A stretch of 64,000 nt of DNA from Sphingomonadaceae bacterium (GCA_041396905.1 JAWKXQ010000009.1:26223-90222); one strand, 5' to 3'. Positions 44,264-54,013 are shown, numbered from the stretch's first letter. Translations and numbers: made by a program. The notes: generated by a model from the letters alone, not told the origin.

Positions 44264-45136
44264 ATGGCCGAAGGCAGGGTTGCGCTGGTTACAGGCGCGA
44301 GTCGCGGGGCAGGGGCAGGCATTGCCCGCGGTCTGGGGGAGCTGGGCTATACGGTCTATGTCACCGGGCGGACAAAAACGCCGGGTGATGCGAAGGGCTG
44401 GGATGGCTCGGTGTTGCCCGGCACTTTCGAGGAAACCGCAGCCAAAATCACCGAACTGGGTGGCCGCGGAATAGCGGTGCAATGCGATCATGCCCATGAT
44501 GAGCAGGTCGCGGCGCTGTTTGAACGGATCGCGAAGGATGAGGGCCGGCTGGATATGCTGGTCAATAATGCGACCTATATTCATCATCAGCTGATCGAGA
44601 AGAAACCCTTCTGGGAGAAGGAATTGGACGCAGCCAAAATTCTCGATGTCGGGCTTCGTTCGGCCTATGTTGCCAGCTGGCATGCGGCGAAGATCATGGT
44701 GCCGCAAGGTAGCGGGATGATTGCTTTCGGCTCGTCCTTCGGGGCCAATTGCTACATGCACGGCCCCGCCTATGGCGCGCAGAAAGCGGGCGTCGACAAA
44801 TTTGCGCATGATATGGAGCATGATCTGCGCGGCACCGGCGTGGTCAGCGTTTCGATCTGGATGGGGCCGCTGATTACCGAACGGTCCAAGATCGCCAGCG
44901 AAACCAATCCGGAGCAGTATAAGGATTTCATCGAAACGGCGGAGAATCCTGAATTCACTGCGCATATTCTCGATGCCATCGACCATGCGCCCAACCGCGA
45001 GGAGCTGTCTGGCAGCGTGCTGATCGCGGCGGAGATTGCCAAGGAACTGGGCGTGACCGATCGCGGCAAGGACCGCCCAAGCTATCGCGAGATGCTGGGC
45101 AACCCGCCCTCCAAAAATCCTGCTGCGGTCTATTGA
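44264..45136 (+). CDS. SDR-family oxidoreductase
   Basis: Start trimmed to MAEGRVALVTGASRGAGAGIARGL after GGGAGAG. YGAQKAG. Confidence 0.8.
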   Translation: MAEGRVALVTGASRGAGAGIARGLGELGYTVYVTGRTKTPGDAKGWDGSVLPGTFEETAAKITELGGRGIAVQCDHAHDEQVAALFERIAKDEGRLDMLVNNATYIHHQLIEKKPFWEKELDAAKILDVGLRSAYVASWHAAKIMVPQGSGMIAFGSSFGANCYMHGPAYGAQKAGVDKFAHDMEHDLRGTGVVSVSIWMGPLITERSKIASETNPEQYKDFIETAENPEFTAHILDAIDHAPNREELSGSVLIAAEIAKELGVTDRGKDRPSYREMLGNPPSKNPAAVY

Positions 45137-45139
45137 GGT

Positions 45140-46738
45140 TTGCAGGTGGCCAGCCAGTTTCATCTTGCTGACCTGTTCGAAACGGTCGCAGCCGCCGTGC
45201 CGGATCGACTGGCGATCCGCTCGGATACGGGCGATGTGACCTATGCCGGGCTGGATGAACGGACGGACCGGCTGGCTGCGGCGCTGGCTGATCGCGGTAT
45301 CTGGCGAGGCGACAGAATCGGGCTCTATCTGATGAACGGGCCTGAATATCTCGAAGCCTTCCTTGCGGCGTGCAAGCTGGGGGCGGTGCCATTCAATGTG
45401 AATTACCGCTATGGCGCGGAAGAACTGGAATATCTGTTTGGCAATGCCGGGGCCGCAGTAATATTCCACAATGACGATTTCACCATCATCATGCAGGACC
45501 TGCGGGCGCGCCTGCCGCATATCCGCTTCTCCGTGGTGGTCGGTGATGGTGATGCGGGAGCATCCGAGCGATATGAAGCGCTGATGGAGACGCCTGCCCG
45601 CAAGGGCTTCACCCGCAGCGAAGATGATTTTCTGCTGCAATATACCGGCGGCACCACCGGTATGCCCAAGGGCGTGATGTGGCCGCACAAGGCCTTCTTC
45701 TTCGCCTGTCTTGGGGGTGGTGGCCATTTCCACCCGGCAGGCCAGATTTCCGCGCCGGATGAGATCGCCGGGCGCGCAACGGAGGGCTACCAGCTATCCA
45801 TGTTCACAATCGCCCCGCTGATGCATGGCGCGGCGATCTGGGCAGCGTGGTCGGGCCTGCTGGGCGGGCTGACTCTGGTGCTGGATCCGATGCGCAGCTT
45901 TGACGCGGAAGCGATCTGGGATCGTGTTTCCAAATTCAGCGTCAATGTGGTCCAGATCGTGGGTGATGCTATGGCGCAGCCGCTGCATCAGGCCATGCAG
46001 GACAATCCCGGTCGCTGGCAGGTGCAGCAAGTGGTCAATTTCGGATCGGGTGGCGCGGTCTTTTCGCAGCATCTCAAGGATGCGATCAGCGCGCTCTTGC
46101 CCAATGCGCGGATTACTGACGGGATGGGGACATCCGAAGGCGGCATCTCGGGCATGGCCGAGCCGAGCGCGGATGGCGTAATGCGCCTGCCCGCCCATGA
46201 TGATCAGTGGGTGATTGTGGAGGATCGGTTGGCGCAGCCGGGTGAGACCGGCCTGCTGGGCCGCGCCGGGCATATCCCGGTCGGCTATTACAATGATCCG
46301 GCCAAGACTGCTGAGGTATTCCGCACTGTGGCGGGCAAGCTGTGGACCTTGTCCGGCGATGCCGCTCGGCTGGAGGCAGATGGCACTATCACCATGTTCG
46401 GGCGCGGTTCCACCTGCATCAATACGGGCGGAGAGAAAGTCTTCCCGGAAGAGGTGGAAGCAGCGTTGCGCGCGCATCCCTCCATCCGCGACACAGTGGT
46501 GCTGGGCCGCCCGGATCAGAAATGGGGCGAGGCGGTGGTTGCGCTTGTCTCTCTGATGAAGGGGGCGAGCTTGCCTGAACAGGCCGAATTGCGGGAATTT
46601 CTGGATGGCAAGCTGGCGGGCTACAAATGCCCCAAGGCCGTGCTCGCCGTGGATGAAGTGCGCCGGTCGCCTGCGGGCAAGCAGGATTATTCATGGGCAC
46701 GGCAAGTGCTGGAAGAATGGGTGGAGGAGGCGGCATGA
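45140..46738 (+). CDS. AMP-dependent acyl-CoA synthetase (steroid-acid CoA ligase candidate)
   Basis: LLQYTGGTTGMPKGVMW, GMGTSEGG and SGDAARLEADGTITMFGRGSTCINTGGEKVFPEEVE. The start is non-ATG and uncertain (TTG at 45140 or GTG at 45146 after GAGG). Confidence 0.85.
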   Translation: MQVASQFHLADLFETVAAAVPDRLAIRSDTGDVTYAGLDERTDRLAAALADRGIWRGDRIGLYLMNGPEYLEAFLAACKLGAVPFNVNYRYGAEELEYLFGNAGAAVIFHNDDFTIIMQDLRARLPHIRFSVVVGDGDAGASERYEALMETPARKGFTRSEDDFLLQYTGGTTGMPKGVMWPHKAFFFACLGGGGHFHPAGQISAPDEIAGRATEGYQLSMFTIAPLMHGAAIWAAWSGLLGGLTLVLDPMRSFDAEAIWDRVSKFSVNVVQIVGDAMAQPLHQAMQDNPGRWQVQQVVNFGSGGAVFSQHLKDAISALLPNARITDGMGTSEGGISGMAEPSADGVMRLPAHDDQWVIVEDRLAQPGETGLLGRAGHIPVGYYNDPAKTAEVFRTVAGKLWTLSGDAARLEADGTITMFGRGSTCINTGGEKVFPEEVEAALRAHPSIRDTVVLGRPDQKWGEAVVALVSLMKGASLPEQAELREFLDGKLAGYKCPKAVLAVDEVRRSPAGKQDYSWARQVLEEWVEEAA

Positions 46739-48369
46739 CAGCCACTGACCCGGTGTTGCAGGCCGTCACCGCGGCTGGATCGCCCTTTGAAATCGCCGAG
46801 ATCGACGGGCTGCGCTGCTTTGCCAATGCGCCCGCAAATCTGGACCAGCTGATTGAAAGCGCGAAGCGCCATGGCGATGCGACCTTTATCGTCGATGGCG
46901 ATACACGGCTGAGCTTTGCCGAAACCTTCGCTCGCCGCGATGCTCTGGCGGCGATGCTGGCAATTGCACCGGGTGACCGCGTGGCATTGTGTATGCGTAA
47001 CCGCGCAGAATGGCTGATCGGCTATCTTGCCATACTCCGCGCAGGTGGAGTGGCGGTGCTGGTCAATAGCCGTGGTTCCCCTGAAGAACTGGACCGGATG
47101 GTGGAACAGGTCGGTGCGACAATCGTGCTGACCGATGCACATCGGCACGAATTGTTGCGCGAAGGGAACTTCATCGGCAGGATCATAGATGCCGATGATT
47201 TCCCACCACCGGGCGCGAGCTTTGATCCTCCTCCACCGGCAGGGCCGAACGATCCGGCAACGATCCTGTTCACCTCTGGCACGACCGGGCAGGTGAAGGG
47301 CGCGGTGCTGAGCCACCGCAACCTGATCACCGGGATCATGAGCGTGCAGATGGCCGGGCTGATGGTGTTGCACAACACTGCCAATTCCATGAATATGCCG
47401 GTCGAGCAGCTGATCGGAATGATCCCGCAACAGGCAGTGCTGCTGGTCTATCCGCTGTTCCATATTTCAGGCCTTGGCGCTGCGTTTCTTTCGCCCATGC
47501 TGGCGGGTTCAAAAGTGGTCATCATGCCCAAATGGGATGCGCAGGATGCCGCCCGGATCATCGCGGAAGAGAAGATCACGATGTTCTCTGCCGTGCCCAC
47601 CATGCTGTGGGACATGCTGCACCGCGCCAAGCTGGCCGATGCCGACCTTTCCAGCCTGCGCAATATCGGAACCGGCGGGCAGGCGCTGCCGATCAACTTG
47701 CTGGACGAGATGCGCGCGGCCTGCCCGCAGGCGGTGATGGGCACCGGCTATGGCATGACCGAGACTGCCGGCAGTGTTGCCATGGCTGTGGGCGAGGACT
47801 GGATGCGCAACCGCGCCGCTGCGGGCCGCGTGCTGTCGCTGGTCGATGTGCGGATAGAGGACGAGCAGGGTAATGTCCTTCCGGTCGGGCAGGCGGGCGA
47901 GATCGTGGTGCGCGGGGCACAGGTCATGCTCGGATATTGGGACATGCCGGACGAGACTGCTGCCGTTCTGGGTGCTGATGGCTGGCTGCGCACTGGCGAT
48001 GTCGGTGTGCTGGACGAGGAAGGCTACCTTCTCATCGTTGATCGCAAGAAAGACATGGTGATTTCTGGCGGCGAGAATATCTATTGCGCGGAAGTAGAGC
48101 GCGTTCTCTCGGAAATTCCCGAGGTCAGCGAATGCGCCACTTTCGGTATTCCTGACGAGCGGCTGGGCGAATTGCTGGTGGCGGTTGTACGCGCCAGCGG
48201 GATCACGGCAGATGCAGTGAAGCTCCATGTCGGCGAACGGCTCGCCCGCTACAAGGCACCGGGTCATGTGGTGTTCACGGACCAGCCCCTGCCGCGCAAC
48301 CATCTCGACAAGGTTGACAAGATCGCACTCCGGGGCCGCTGGCCCGAACTGGCAAAGGAAATCGCCTGA
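46735..48369 (+). CDS. AMP-dependent acyl-CoA synthetase (second paralogue)
   Basis: ATGA overlap with the previous ligase. ILFTSGTTGQVKGAVLSH, GYGMTET, TGDVGVLDEEGYLLIVDRKKDMVISGGENIY. Confidence 0.9.
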   Translation: MTATDPVLQAVTAAGSPFEIAEIDGLRCFANAPANLDQLIESAKRHGDATFIVDGDTRLSFAETFARRDALAAMLAIAPGDRVALCMRNRAEWLIGYLAILRAGGVAVLVNSRGSPEELDRMVEQVGATIVLTDAHRHELLREGNFIGRIIDADDFPPPGASFDPPPPAGPNDPATILFTSGTTGQVKGAVLSHRNLITGIMSVQMAGLMVLHNTANSMNMPVEQLIGMIPQQAVLLVYPLFHISGLGAAFLSPMLAGSKVVIMPKWDAQDAARIIAEEKITMFSAVPTMLWDMLHRAKLADADLSSLRNIGTGGQALPINLLDEMRAACPQAVMGTGYGMTETAGSVAMAVGEDWMRNRAAAGRVLSLVDVRIEDEQGNVLPVGQAGEIVVRGAQVMLGYWDMPDETAAVLGADGWLRTGDVGVLDEEGYLLIVDRKKDMVISGGENIYCAEVERVLSEIPEVSECATFGIPDERLGELLVAVVRASGITADAVKLHVGERLARYKAPGHVVFTDQPLPRNHLDKVDKIALRGRWPELAKEIA

Positions 48370-49235
48370 TGGCTATGCCCACCGACATCAAGATTATCGA
48401 CTGCATGCTTGGCATTCCCGAAGCAGAGGATCGGGGGGACTGGTTCGCCAGCTTCCGCCCGCTGATCAAGGATCAGGAAACGCTGCAGCAGTTTTCCATG
48501 CCTGCACAATATATGTTCAAGGACATTCCGCAGAGCGGCAAGCAGGAGGATTATACCGCCTGGGTGGTCGAGCAGATGGACGCGCATAATGTTGAGCGCG
48601 CGCTGGTTGGCTGGAACGACAATGACACATCGCGCCGCGCGAAGGAGAATTACCCGGATCGCTTTTTCTTCGATCTGCCCTTTGATCCCAATGGCGGGGT
48701 CGCTGAAATCCGACGCATCCGGCGCATTCATGAAGAGGTTGGCATCTCGGCGCTAAGCTGCTTCCCGGCTGGCACCCTGCCGCAGGTGGCGATTGACCAC
48801 AAATATATGTTCCCCTTCTACGCGCTGGCATGCGAGCTGGATATTCCGGTCTGCATCAATGCCGGTGTACCGGGGCCGCGCATTCCGATGGATACGCAGA
48901 AGGTCGAACGGATCGACGAGGTGTGCTGGTACTTCCCCGAGCTGAAGCTGGTGATGCGGCACGGTGCGGAACCTTGGGAGGATCTGGCTGTGAAGCTGAT
49001 GATCAAATATCCCAATCTCTATTATTCGACCAGCGCCTTTGCCCCCAAACATTACCCCAAGGCGATCATCGATTACGCAAACACGCGCGGCGCGGACAAG
49101 ATCATCTATGCTGGCTATTTCCCCATGGGATTGAGCCTGGAGCGGATCATGCGCGACATGGCCAATGTTCCCTTAAAGGATGAAGTCTGGCCCAAATTCC
49201 TGCGCGAAAACGCGATCAAGGTGTTCGGCCTCTAA
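48369..49235 (+). CDS. Amidohydrolase_2-family metal-dependent hydrolase/decarboxylase (ACMSD/LigW/LigI-like TIM barrel)
   Basis: 288 aa, 1-nt overlap with the ligase stop. Family-level resemblance (IIDCMLGIP..., HGAEPW, YAGYFP). No specific function can be inferred. Confidence 0.65.
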   Translation: MAMPTDIKIIDCMLGIPEAEDRGDWFASFRPLIKDQETLQQFSMPAQYMFKDIPQSGKQEDYTAWVVEQMDAHNVERALVGWNDNDTSRRAKENYPDRFFFDLPFDPNGGVAEIRRIRRIHEEVGISALSCFPAGTLPQVAIDHKYMFPFYALACELDIPVCINAGVPGPRIPMDTQKVERIDEVCWYFPELKLVMRHGAEPWEDLAVKLMIKYPNLYYSTSAFAPKHYPKAIIDYANTRGADKIIYAGYFPMGLSLERIMRDMANVPLKDEVWPKFLRENAIKVFGL

Positions 49236-49350
49236 GGCCACCGGAGCCGGGAAGTCTGCTCCGTACCAAACTGTCACGGGCGCGGGAGACAACCCCCCGC
49301 ATCCCTTGATCCCCGGTCGGATTGGGCCGGGTACTGAATGGAGAGAAACC

Positions 49351-50457
49351 ATGGCTGATGGTGATAACAGCAAGGCAACTGATGCGCGCACGGCACCGGT
49401 GCTGGTGTGGCAGATGCTCGAAAAGATGAGCAAGGATGAGCTGCTCGAATGGCGACGCAGCGAGCCCAAGAACCGCGCCACCGTGGAAGAGCGCAATCTG
49501 GATGGGCCGTTCCCTTATGGCTGGTATCCGGCGATGTTGTCAGCCGATCTCGCCGTGGGTGAGGTCAAGCCGCTGCGCTATTTCTCCACCGATCTGGTGA
49601 TCTGGCGCGGCGAAGATGGCCAGCCGCGCATGCTCGATGCCTATTGCAAGCATCTGGGCGCGCATATGGGCTATGGCGGCAAGGTGACGGGCAACAATAT
49701 CGAATGCCCCTTCCACAGCTGGCAGTATAATGGCGAGGGCGTGGTGGAAGACATCCCCTATGCCAAGCGTATCCCGCCGCAGGTGAAGCGCCCCTGTGAC
49801 ATTCAGTGGCCAGTATGCGAGGCCAATCGCTGGATCTGGTTCTGGTATCACCCCGATGGTGTCGCCCCGATGTGGGAAGTGGAGCATCTGCCCGAAGCGT
49901 CTGATCCTGAATGGACCGATTATGACGTGTTCGAATGGGATGTATGGGGCAACCTGCAGAACATGGCCGAAAACGGCGTGGACGCAGCCCATTTCAAATA
50001 TATCCATGGTGCTGCCGACATGCCCGACTATGAATTTGACTGGGGCGAAGGCAATCATCTGCGCGGTGCGCGCCTGTTCGTGAAGATGGGGACGCCACGC
50101 GGCGTGGTCGATGGCGAAATTGCCTATCGCAATGTCGGGCCGGGTCAGAGCTACACCCGCTTCACCGGTATTTGCGAGACATTACTCGTCGCTTGCATCA
50201 CGCCGATCGACAAGGATCATGCCGTTTCCCGCTTCTGCTTCACGCAGCCCAAGGCGCAGAAGGAAGGCCCCGCAGGCGGCGCTGCGCGCGCCATCATCAA
50301 GGATATTTGCAAGCAATTCGATCAGGACAAGGTCGTGTGGGACCGCCAGAAATATCTGCCCAATGCTCTGGTTTGCGATGGTGACGGCCCGATCGGTAAA
50401 TTCCGCAGCTGGTACAGCCAGTTCTACCAGACCAAGCAAGCTGAAGCAGCGGAATGA
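49351..50457 (+). CDS. KshA-family Rieske [2Fe-2S] non-heme-iron oxygenase with an N-terminal extension
   Basis: Start at the ATG after GGAGAGAAACC. CKHLGAH...CPFHSW Rieske motif and ENGVDAAHFKYIHG iron motif as in KshA. About 45 extra N-terminal residues relative to the paralogue at 55145. Confidence 0.8.
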   Translation: MADGDNSKATDARTAPVLVWQMLEKMSKDELLEWRRSEPKNRATVEERNLDGPFPYGWYPAMLSADLAVGEVKPLRYFSTDLVIWRGEDGQPRMLDAYCKHLGAHMGYGGKVTGNNIECPFHSWQYNGEGVVEDIPYAKRIPPQVKRPCDIQWPVCEANRWIWFWYHPDGVAPMWEVEHLPEASDPEWTDYDVFEWDVWGNLQNMAENGVDAAHFKYIHGAADMPDYEFDWGEGNHLRGARLFVKMGTPRGVVDGEIAYRNVGPGQSYTRFTGICETLLVACITPIDKDHAVSRFCFTQPKAQKEGPAGGAARAIIKDICKQFDQDKVVWDRQKYLPNALVCDGDGPIGKFRSWYSQFYQTKQAEAAE

Positions 50458-51983
50458 AGGCGACACGGCGCGAGGCCCTGAAAGGGGCCGCAGCTACCGC
50501 GATTATCGCGGGGGGAGGCATGACAGGCATGGCAAAGGCAGCAGCGATTTCTGACGACGACTATCTGGCGCAGGATGCGCTGGGTCTGGCCGAGCTGGTG
50601 CGCAAGCGCGAGGTTTCGGCAAGTGAATTGCTGGAAATGGCGATTGAACGGGCCAGCAAGCAGGATGCAAAGCTCAATTTCCTCGCTCAGGAAATCTACG
50701 ATTATGGGCGTGAGAAGATTGCGCAGGGTCTGCCAGAGGGGCCGTTTACCGGCGTGCCTTTCCTGGAAAAAGACTTGCACATGCACATTTCCGGGGTCCG
50801 TTCCGGGCAGGGCAGCCGCCTGTATGATGACTATGTGCCGGACTTCACCTCTGAACTGGTCAAGCGGCATGAAGCGGCAGGCCTTGTCATTTTCGGCAAG
50901 ACCACGACACCCGAATTCGGCCTGACCGGAACGACGGAGAGCCTTGCCGAAGGGCCGACCCGCAATCCTTGGGATGTGACCCGCAGCAGCGGCGGTTCCA
51001 GCGGCGGCGCGAGCAGTGCGGTTGCCTCTGGCGTGATACCTCTGGCCCATGCCAGCGATGGCGGCGGCTCTATCCGCATTCCGGCCAGCACTTGCGGGCT
51101 GTTCGGGCTGAAGCCCAGCCGCGGGCGCGTGCCCATGGGCCCGCTGCGGACGGAGGGGTGGGGCGGCATGTCCACCAATGGCGCGCTGAGCCGCAGCGTG
51201 CGCGATAGCGCCGCGCTGCTGGACGCAACGCATGGGCCAGAGCTAGGCTCGCGCTATTCCGCACCCACGCCAGACGGAACCTTCCTCTCGCAAGTCACTC
51301 GCGAACCGGGAAGCCTGCGTATCGCGCTGATGCTGGAACCGATCTCCGGCGCGCCGGTCGATCCTGAAGTGGTTGAGGCAACAAGGCAGGCTGCCAAGCT
51401 GTGCGAAAGCCTGGGCCATCATGTTGAGGAAGCGTCGCTGAAAATCGATGCGGCCCGCATGGGTCAGGCCAATTTCGCGCTAATCTCCACCGCGCTGGTG
51501 GTCGATATTGATGCGAGGGCCAAAGCGGCAGGTGTCGATGTCGGGCCCGACGTAATCGAAAAGATGACGATGGGTTTCTACCAGTTCGGCAAACAGGTGC
51601 CGGGAACCGCTGTCGCATCGGCCAATAATCTGATGCAGGAAATTGCCGTCACGGTCGCCCGATTCATGGCGAATTATGACGTTATCCTGTCACCGGTGCT
51701 TGCGAGCCCTCCAGCAAAGCTGGGTGTTTACGATCTCGACAAGGATGATTTTGCGGCCTGGGGGGCTGCGGTGGGTGCCTATGTGCCGTTTACCGGCCTG
51801 TTCAACGCTACGGGCCAGCCGAGCATGTCGGTGCCGTTGGGCATGTCGAAAGGTAACCTGCCCATCGGGTCCATGTTTACTGGCCGCTATGGCGACGAAG
51901 CGACGCTGCTGCGCCTCGCGGGACAATTGGAACGCGCTGCACCGTGGTTTGACCGCTTGCCGCAGCTCGCAAGGGAGATTTGA
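50454..51983 (+). CDS. Amidase-signature (GatA-like) amidase with a twin-arginine export signal
   Basis: ATGA overlap with the Rieske gene. MKATRREALKGAAATAIIAGG...AKAAA Tat-type leader. GGSSGGASSAVASG...DGGGSIRIPAS amidase signature. Confidence 0.85.
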   Translation: MKATRREALKGAAATAIIAGGGMTGMAKAAAISDDDYLAQDALGLAELVRKREVSASELLEMAIERASKQDAKLNFLAQEIYDYGREKIAQGLPEGPFTGVPFLEKDLHMHISGVRSGQGSRLYDDYVPDFTSELVKRHEAAGLVIFGKTTTPEFGLTGTTESLAEGPTRNPWDVTRSSGGSSGGASSAVASGVIPLAHASDGGGSIRIPASTCGLFGLKPSRGRVPMGPLRTEGWGGMSTNGALSRSVRDSAALLDATHGPELGSRYSAPTPDGTFLSQVTREPGSLRIALMLEPISGAPVDPEVVEATRQAAKLCESLGHHVEEASLKIDAARMGQANFALISTALVVDIDARAKAAGVDVGPDVIEKMTMGFYQFGKQVPGTAVASANNLMQEIAVTVARFMANYDVILSPVLASPPAKLGVYDLDKDDFAAWGAAVGAYVPFTGLFNATGQPSMSVPLGMSKGNLPIGSMFTGRYGDEATLLRLAGQLERAAPWFDRLPQLAREI

Positions 51984-51986
51984 AGG

Positions 51987-52745
51987 ATGCGGGGATTATC
52001 GGGACAAGTCGGCATCGTTGCCGGGGGTGGGCGCGGGATTGGCGCTGCAACCGCCAAACGGCTGGCAGAAGAAGGCGCCTGCGTCGTCATCGGCGACATT
52101 ATGGGTGACTGGGCGCGCGAGGTCGCGACAGAGATCGAAGGCGCCGGCGGGAAGGCCATCGGGGTCGATCTGGATGGCACTTCGCCGGAAAGCCAGCAGG
52201 CCATCGTGCAGGCGGCACTGGATAATTACGGCACGCTGGATTTCTATCACTCCAACCTCGCCGGTGGGACGGAAGGCGATATTGATGCGCTCAATTGTCC
52301 GCTGGAAGTGCTGGACAAGAGTTGGGCGATCAATGCCAAGAGCCACTTCATTGCCACCCAAGCAGCACTGCCAGTAATGCTGGAGCGCGGTGGTGGGGCA
52401 ATGATCTATACCTCATCCGGTGCTGCCTCTGGCGCGAGCCCCTGGCAGGTTGCCTATCCCATGACCAAGAATGCGATCCACGCTTTGGCGCGCCATGTGG
52501 CCAGTAAATGGGGTAAGAAGGGCATTCGTGCCAATGTGATCTGCCCCGGCGTGGTGCTGACCGAAGCAGTCAGGATTCACATGACGGAAGAGCAGGTAGA
52601 GCAGGCGCTGCGCCGTGTCCCGCATGAGCGCTTGGGCGATCCGGCCGATATTGCAGCGGCAATCGCATTCCTTGCCTCGCAGGATGGGGCATGGGTCAAT
52701 GGGCAGGTCTGGCATGTCAATGGCGGCATGCAGATGCGGGATTGA
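51987..52745 (+). CDS. SDR-family oxidoreductase
   Basis: 252 aa. VGIVAGGGRGIGAATA, YPMTKNA. Confidence 0.85.
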   Translation: MRGLSGQVGIVAGGGRGIGAATAKRLAEEGACVVIGDIMGDWAREVATEIEGAGGKAIGVDLDGTSPESQQAIVQAALDNYGTLDFYHSNLAGGTEGDIDALNCPLEVLDKSWAINAKSHFIATQAALPVMLERGGGAMIYTSSGAASGASPWQVAYPMTKNAIHALARHVASKWGKKGIRANVICPGVVLTEAVRIHMTEEQVEQALRRVPHERLGDPADIAAAIAFLASQDGAWVNGQVWHVNGGMQMRD

Positions 52746-52750
52746 GGCCA

Positions 52751-54013
52751 ATGACAGGCGCTATCGGGCAAAAGCTGCCAAATCGCTGGGTCGTGCTGCT
52801 GCTATTGCTGGGCATTGCGATCTTCAATCATGCGGATCGTTTTTTGCTCGCGGGGCTAGTCGATCCGATCAAGCACGAATTTGATGTGTCCGACAGCTTT
52901 ATGGGGCTGCTGATGGGGCCCGCCTTTGCGGTGTTCTATTCCAGCCTCGCAATTCCGATTGCGATCTATGCTGATCGTGCCAACCGTGTGCGGATCATTG
53001 TTGCGGGTTGCGTGATCTGGAGCTTGTTCACGATCCTGTCTGGCTATGCCGCTTCGCCGACGCAACTGGCTCTGGCCCGGGTAGGAGTTGGTGTGGGCGA
53101 GGCTGCTTTTCAGGCTCCGGCCTATTCGCTGATCGCCGCCTATTTCGCGCCGGAACAGCGGGGCAAGGCCTTCGCAGTGATCGCTTTGTCTACCTATTTC
53201 GGCCAGATGCTGGGCTATGGCGCAGGCCCCGCAATCGCAGAAGTGCAGGATTGGCGCTTTGCCTTCAAGCTATTCGGTCTCATTGGCCTGGGCATTATCG
53301 CCTTGGCTTGGCTGATCATTCGTGAACCAGCGCGCGGACAGGCCGCGACCGTCAGAGCCGCTTTTCTGCCGCTGGTCGCCCGTACTTTCAGGCTGGCCAG
53401 CTATCGCGGGATGATGTTTGGCATGGGGCTGGGTGTCCTGTCCGGCATTGCATTCGGCTTCTGGGGCCCAACCCTGTTTTCGCGCAGTTTCGATATGACC
53501 ATGGCAGAGGCTGGCTCTGCCTTTGGTGGCGCGTTTGTGATTCCCGGCATGCTGGGCGCAATTATGTTCGGTATCATCGCTGATAAGGTGGCCAGGCGCG
53601 GTTATGGCAGCATGCTGATCCTTTCTGCAATTGCATTGGCAGCTGCGACAGCAGCGGTGATTGGCGCAAGCTGGGCGAGCTCGCTTGGCGTTGCGCTGGC
53701 ATGGGCAGTGCCTGCAGGCCTGTTCGGGGGCGGCTGGGCTGTGGGAATTTATGCCGGGTTGCAATATATCCTGCCGGACAATCTGCGCGCGACAGGGACG
53801 GCAATTGCCATGCTGGCCGTGAACCTGCTGGGATATGTCATTGGCCCCTGGCTCGCGGGTGCCTTGAGCGATCAGTTTGGCGAAGGGGCGCTGGGGCTGC
53901 AACAAGCGCTCAGCGTAGTGCTCCCGATCGGTTTTGTCGGGACTTTGTTGTTGTGGCGCGCAGCCAAGTCGCTGGAAGCAGATCGCGACACGCTGCAAGC
54001 GCAAGAGAAATGA
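52751..54013 (+). CDS. MFS transporter
   Basis: Start trimmed to MTGAIGQKLPNRWVVLLLLL. About 12 hydrophobic segments, with a DRxNR-like loop (YADRANRVRII). Confidence 0.85.
   Translation: MTGAIGQKLPNRWVVLLLLLGIAIFNHADRFLLAGLVDPIKHEFDVSDSFMGLLMGPAFAVFYSSLAIPIAIYADRANRVRIIVAGCVIWSLFTILSGYAASPTQLALARVGVGVGEAAFQAPAYSLIAAYFAPEQRGKAFAVIALSTYFGQMLGYGAGPAIAEVQDWRFAFKLFGLIGLGIIALAWLIIREPARGQAATVRAAFLPLVARTFRLASYRGMMFGMGLGVLSGIAFGFWGPTLFSRSFDMTMAEAGSAFGGAFVIPGMLGAIMFGIIADKVARRGYGSMLILSAIALAAATAAVIGASWASSLGVALAWAVPAGLFGGGWAVGIYAGLQYILPDNLRATGTAIAMLAVNLLGYVIGPWLAGALSDQFGEGALGLQQALSVVLPIGFVGTLLLWRAAKSLEADRDTLQAQEK

Noticed and set aside
49241-49262. CGGAGC-N10-GCTCCG hairpin in the 115-nt gap before the Rieske gene
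   Set aside because: The stem is short with a long loop. It is weak and unconvincing as a terminator or attenuator.
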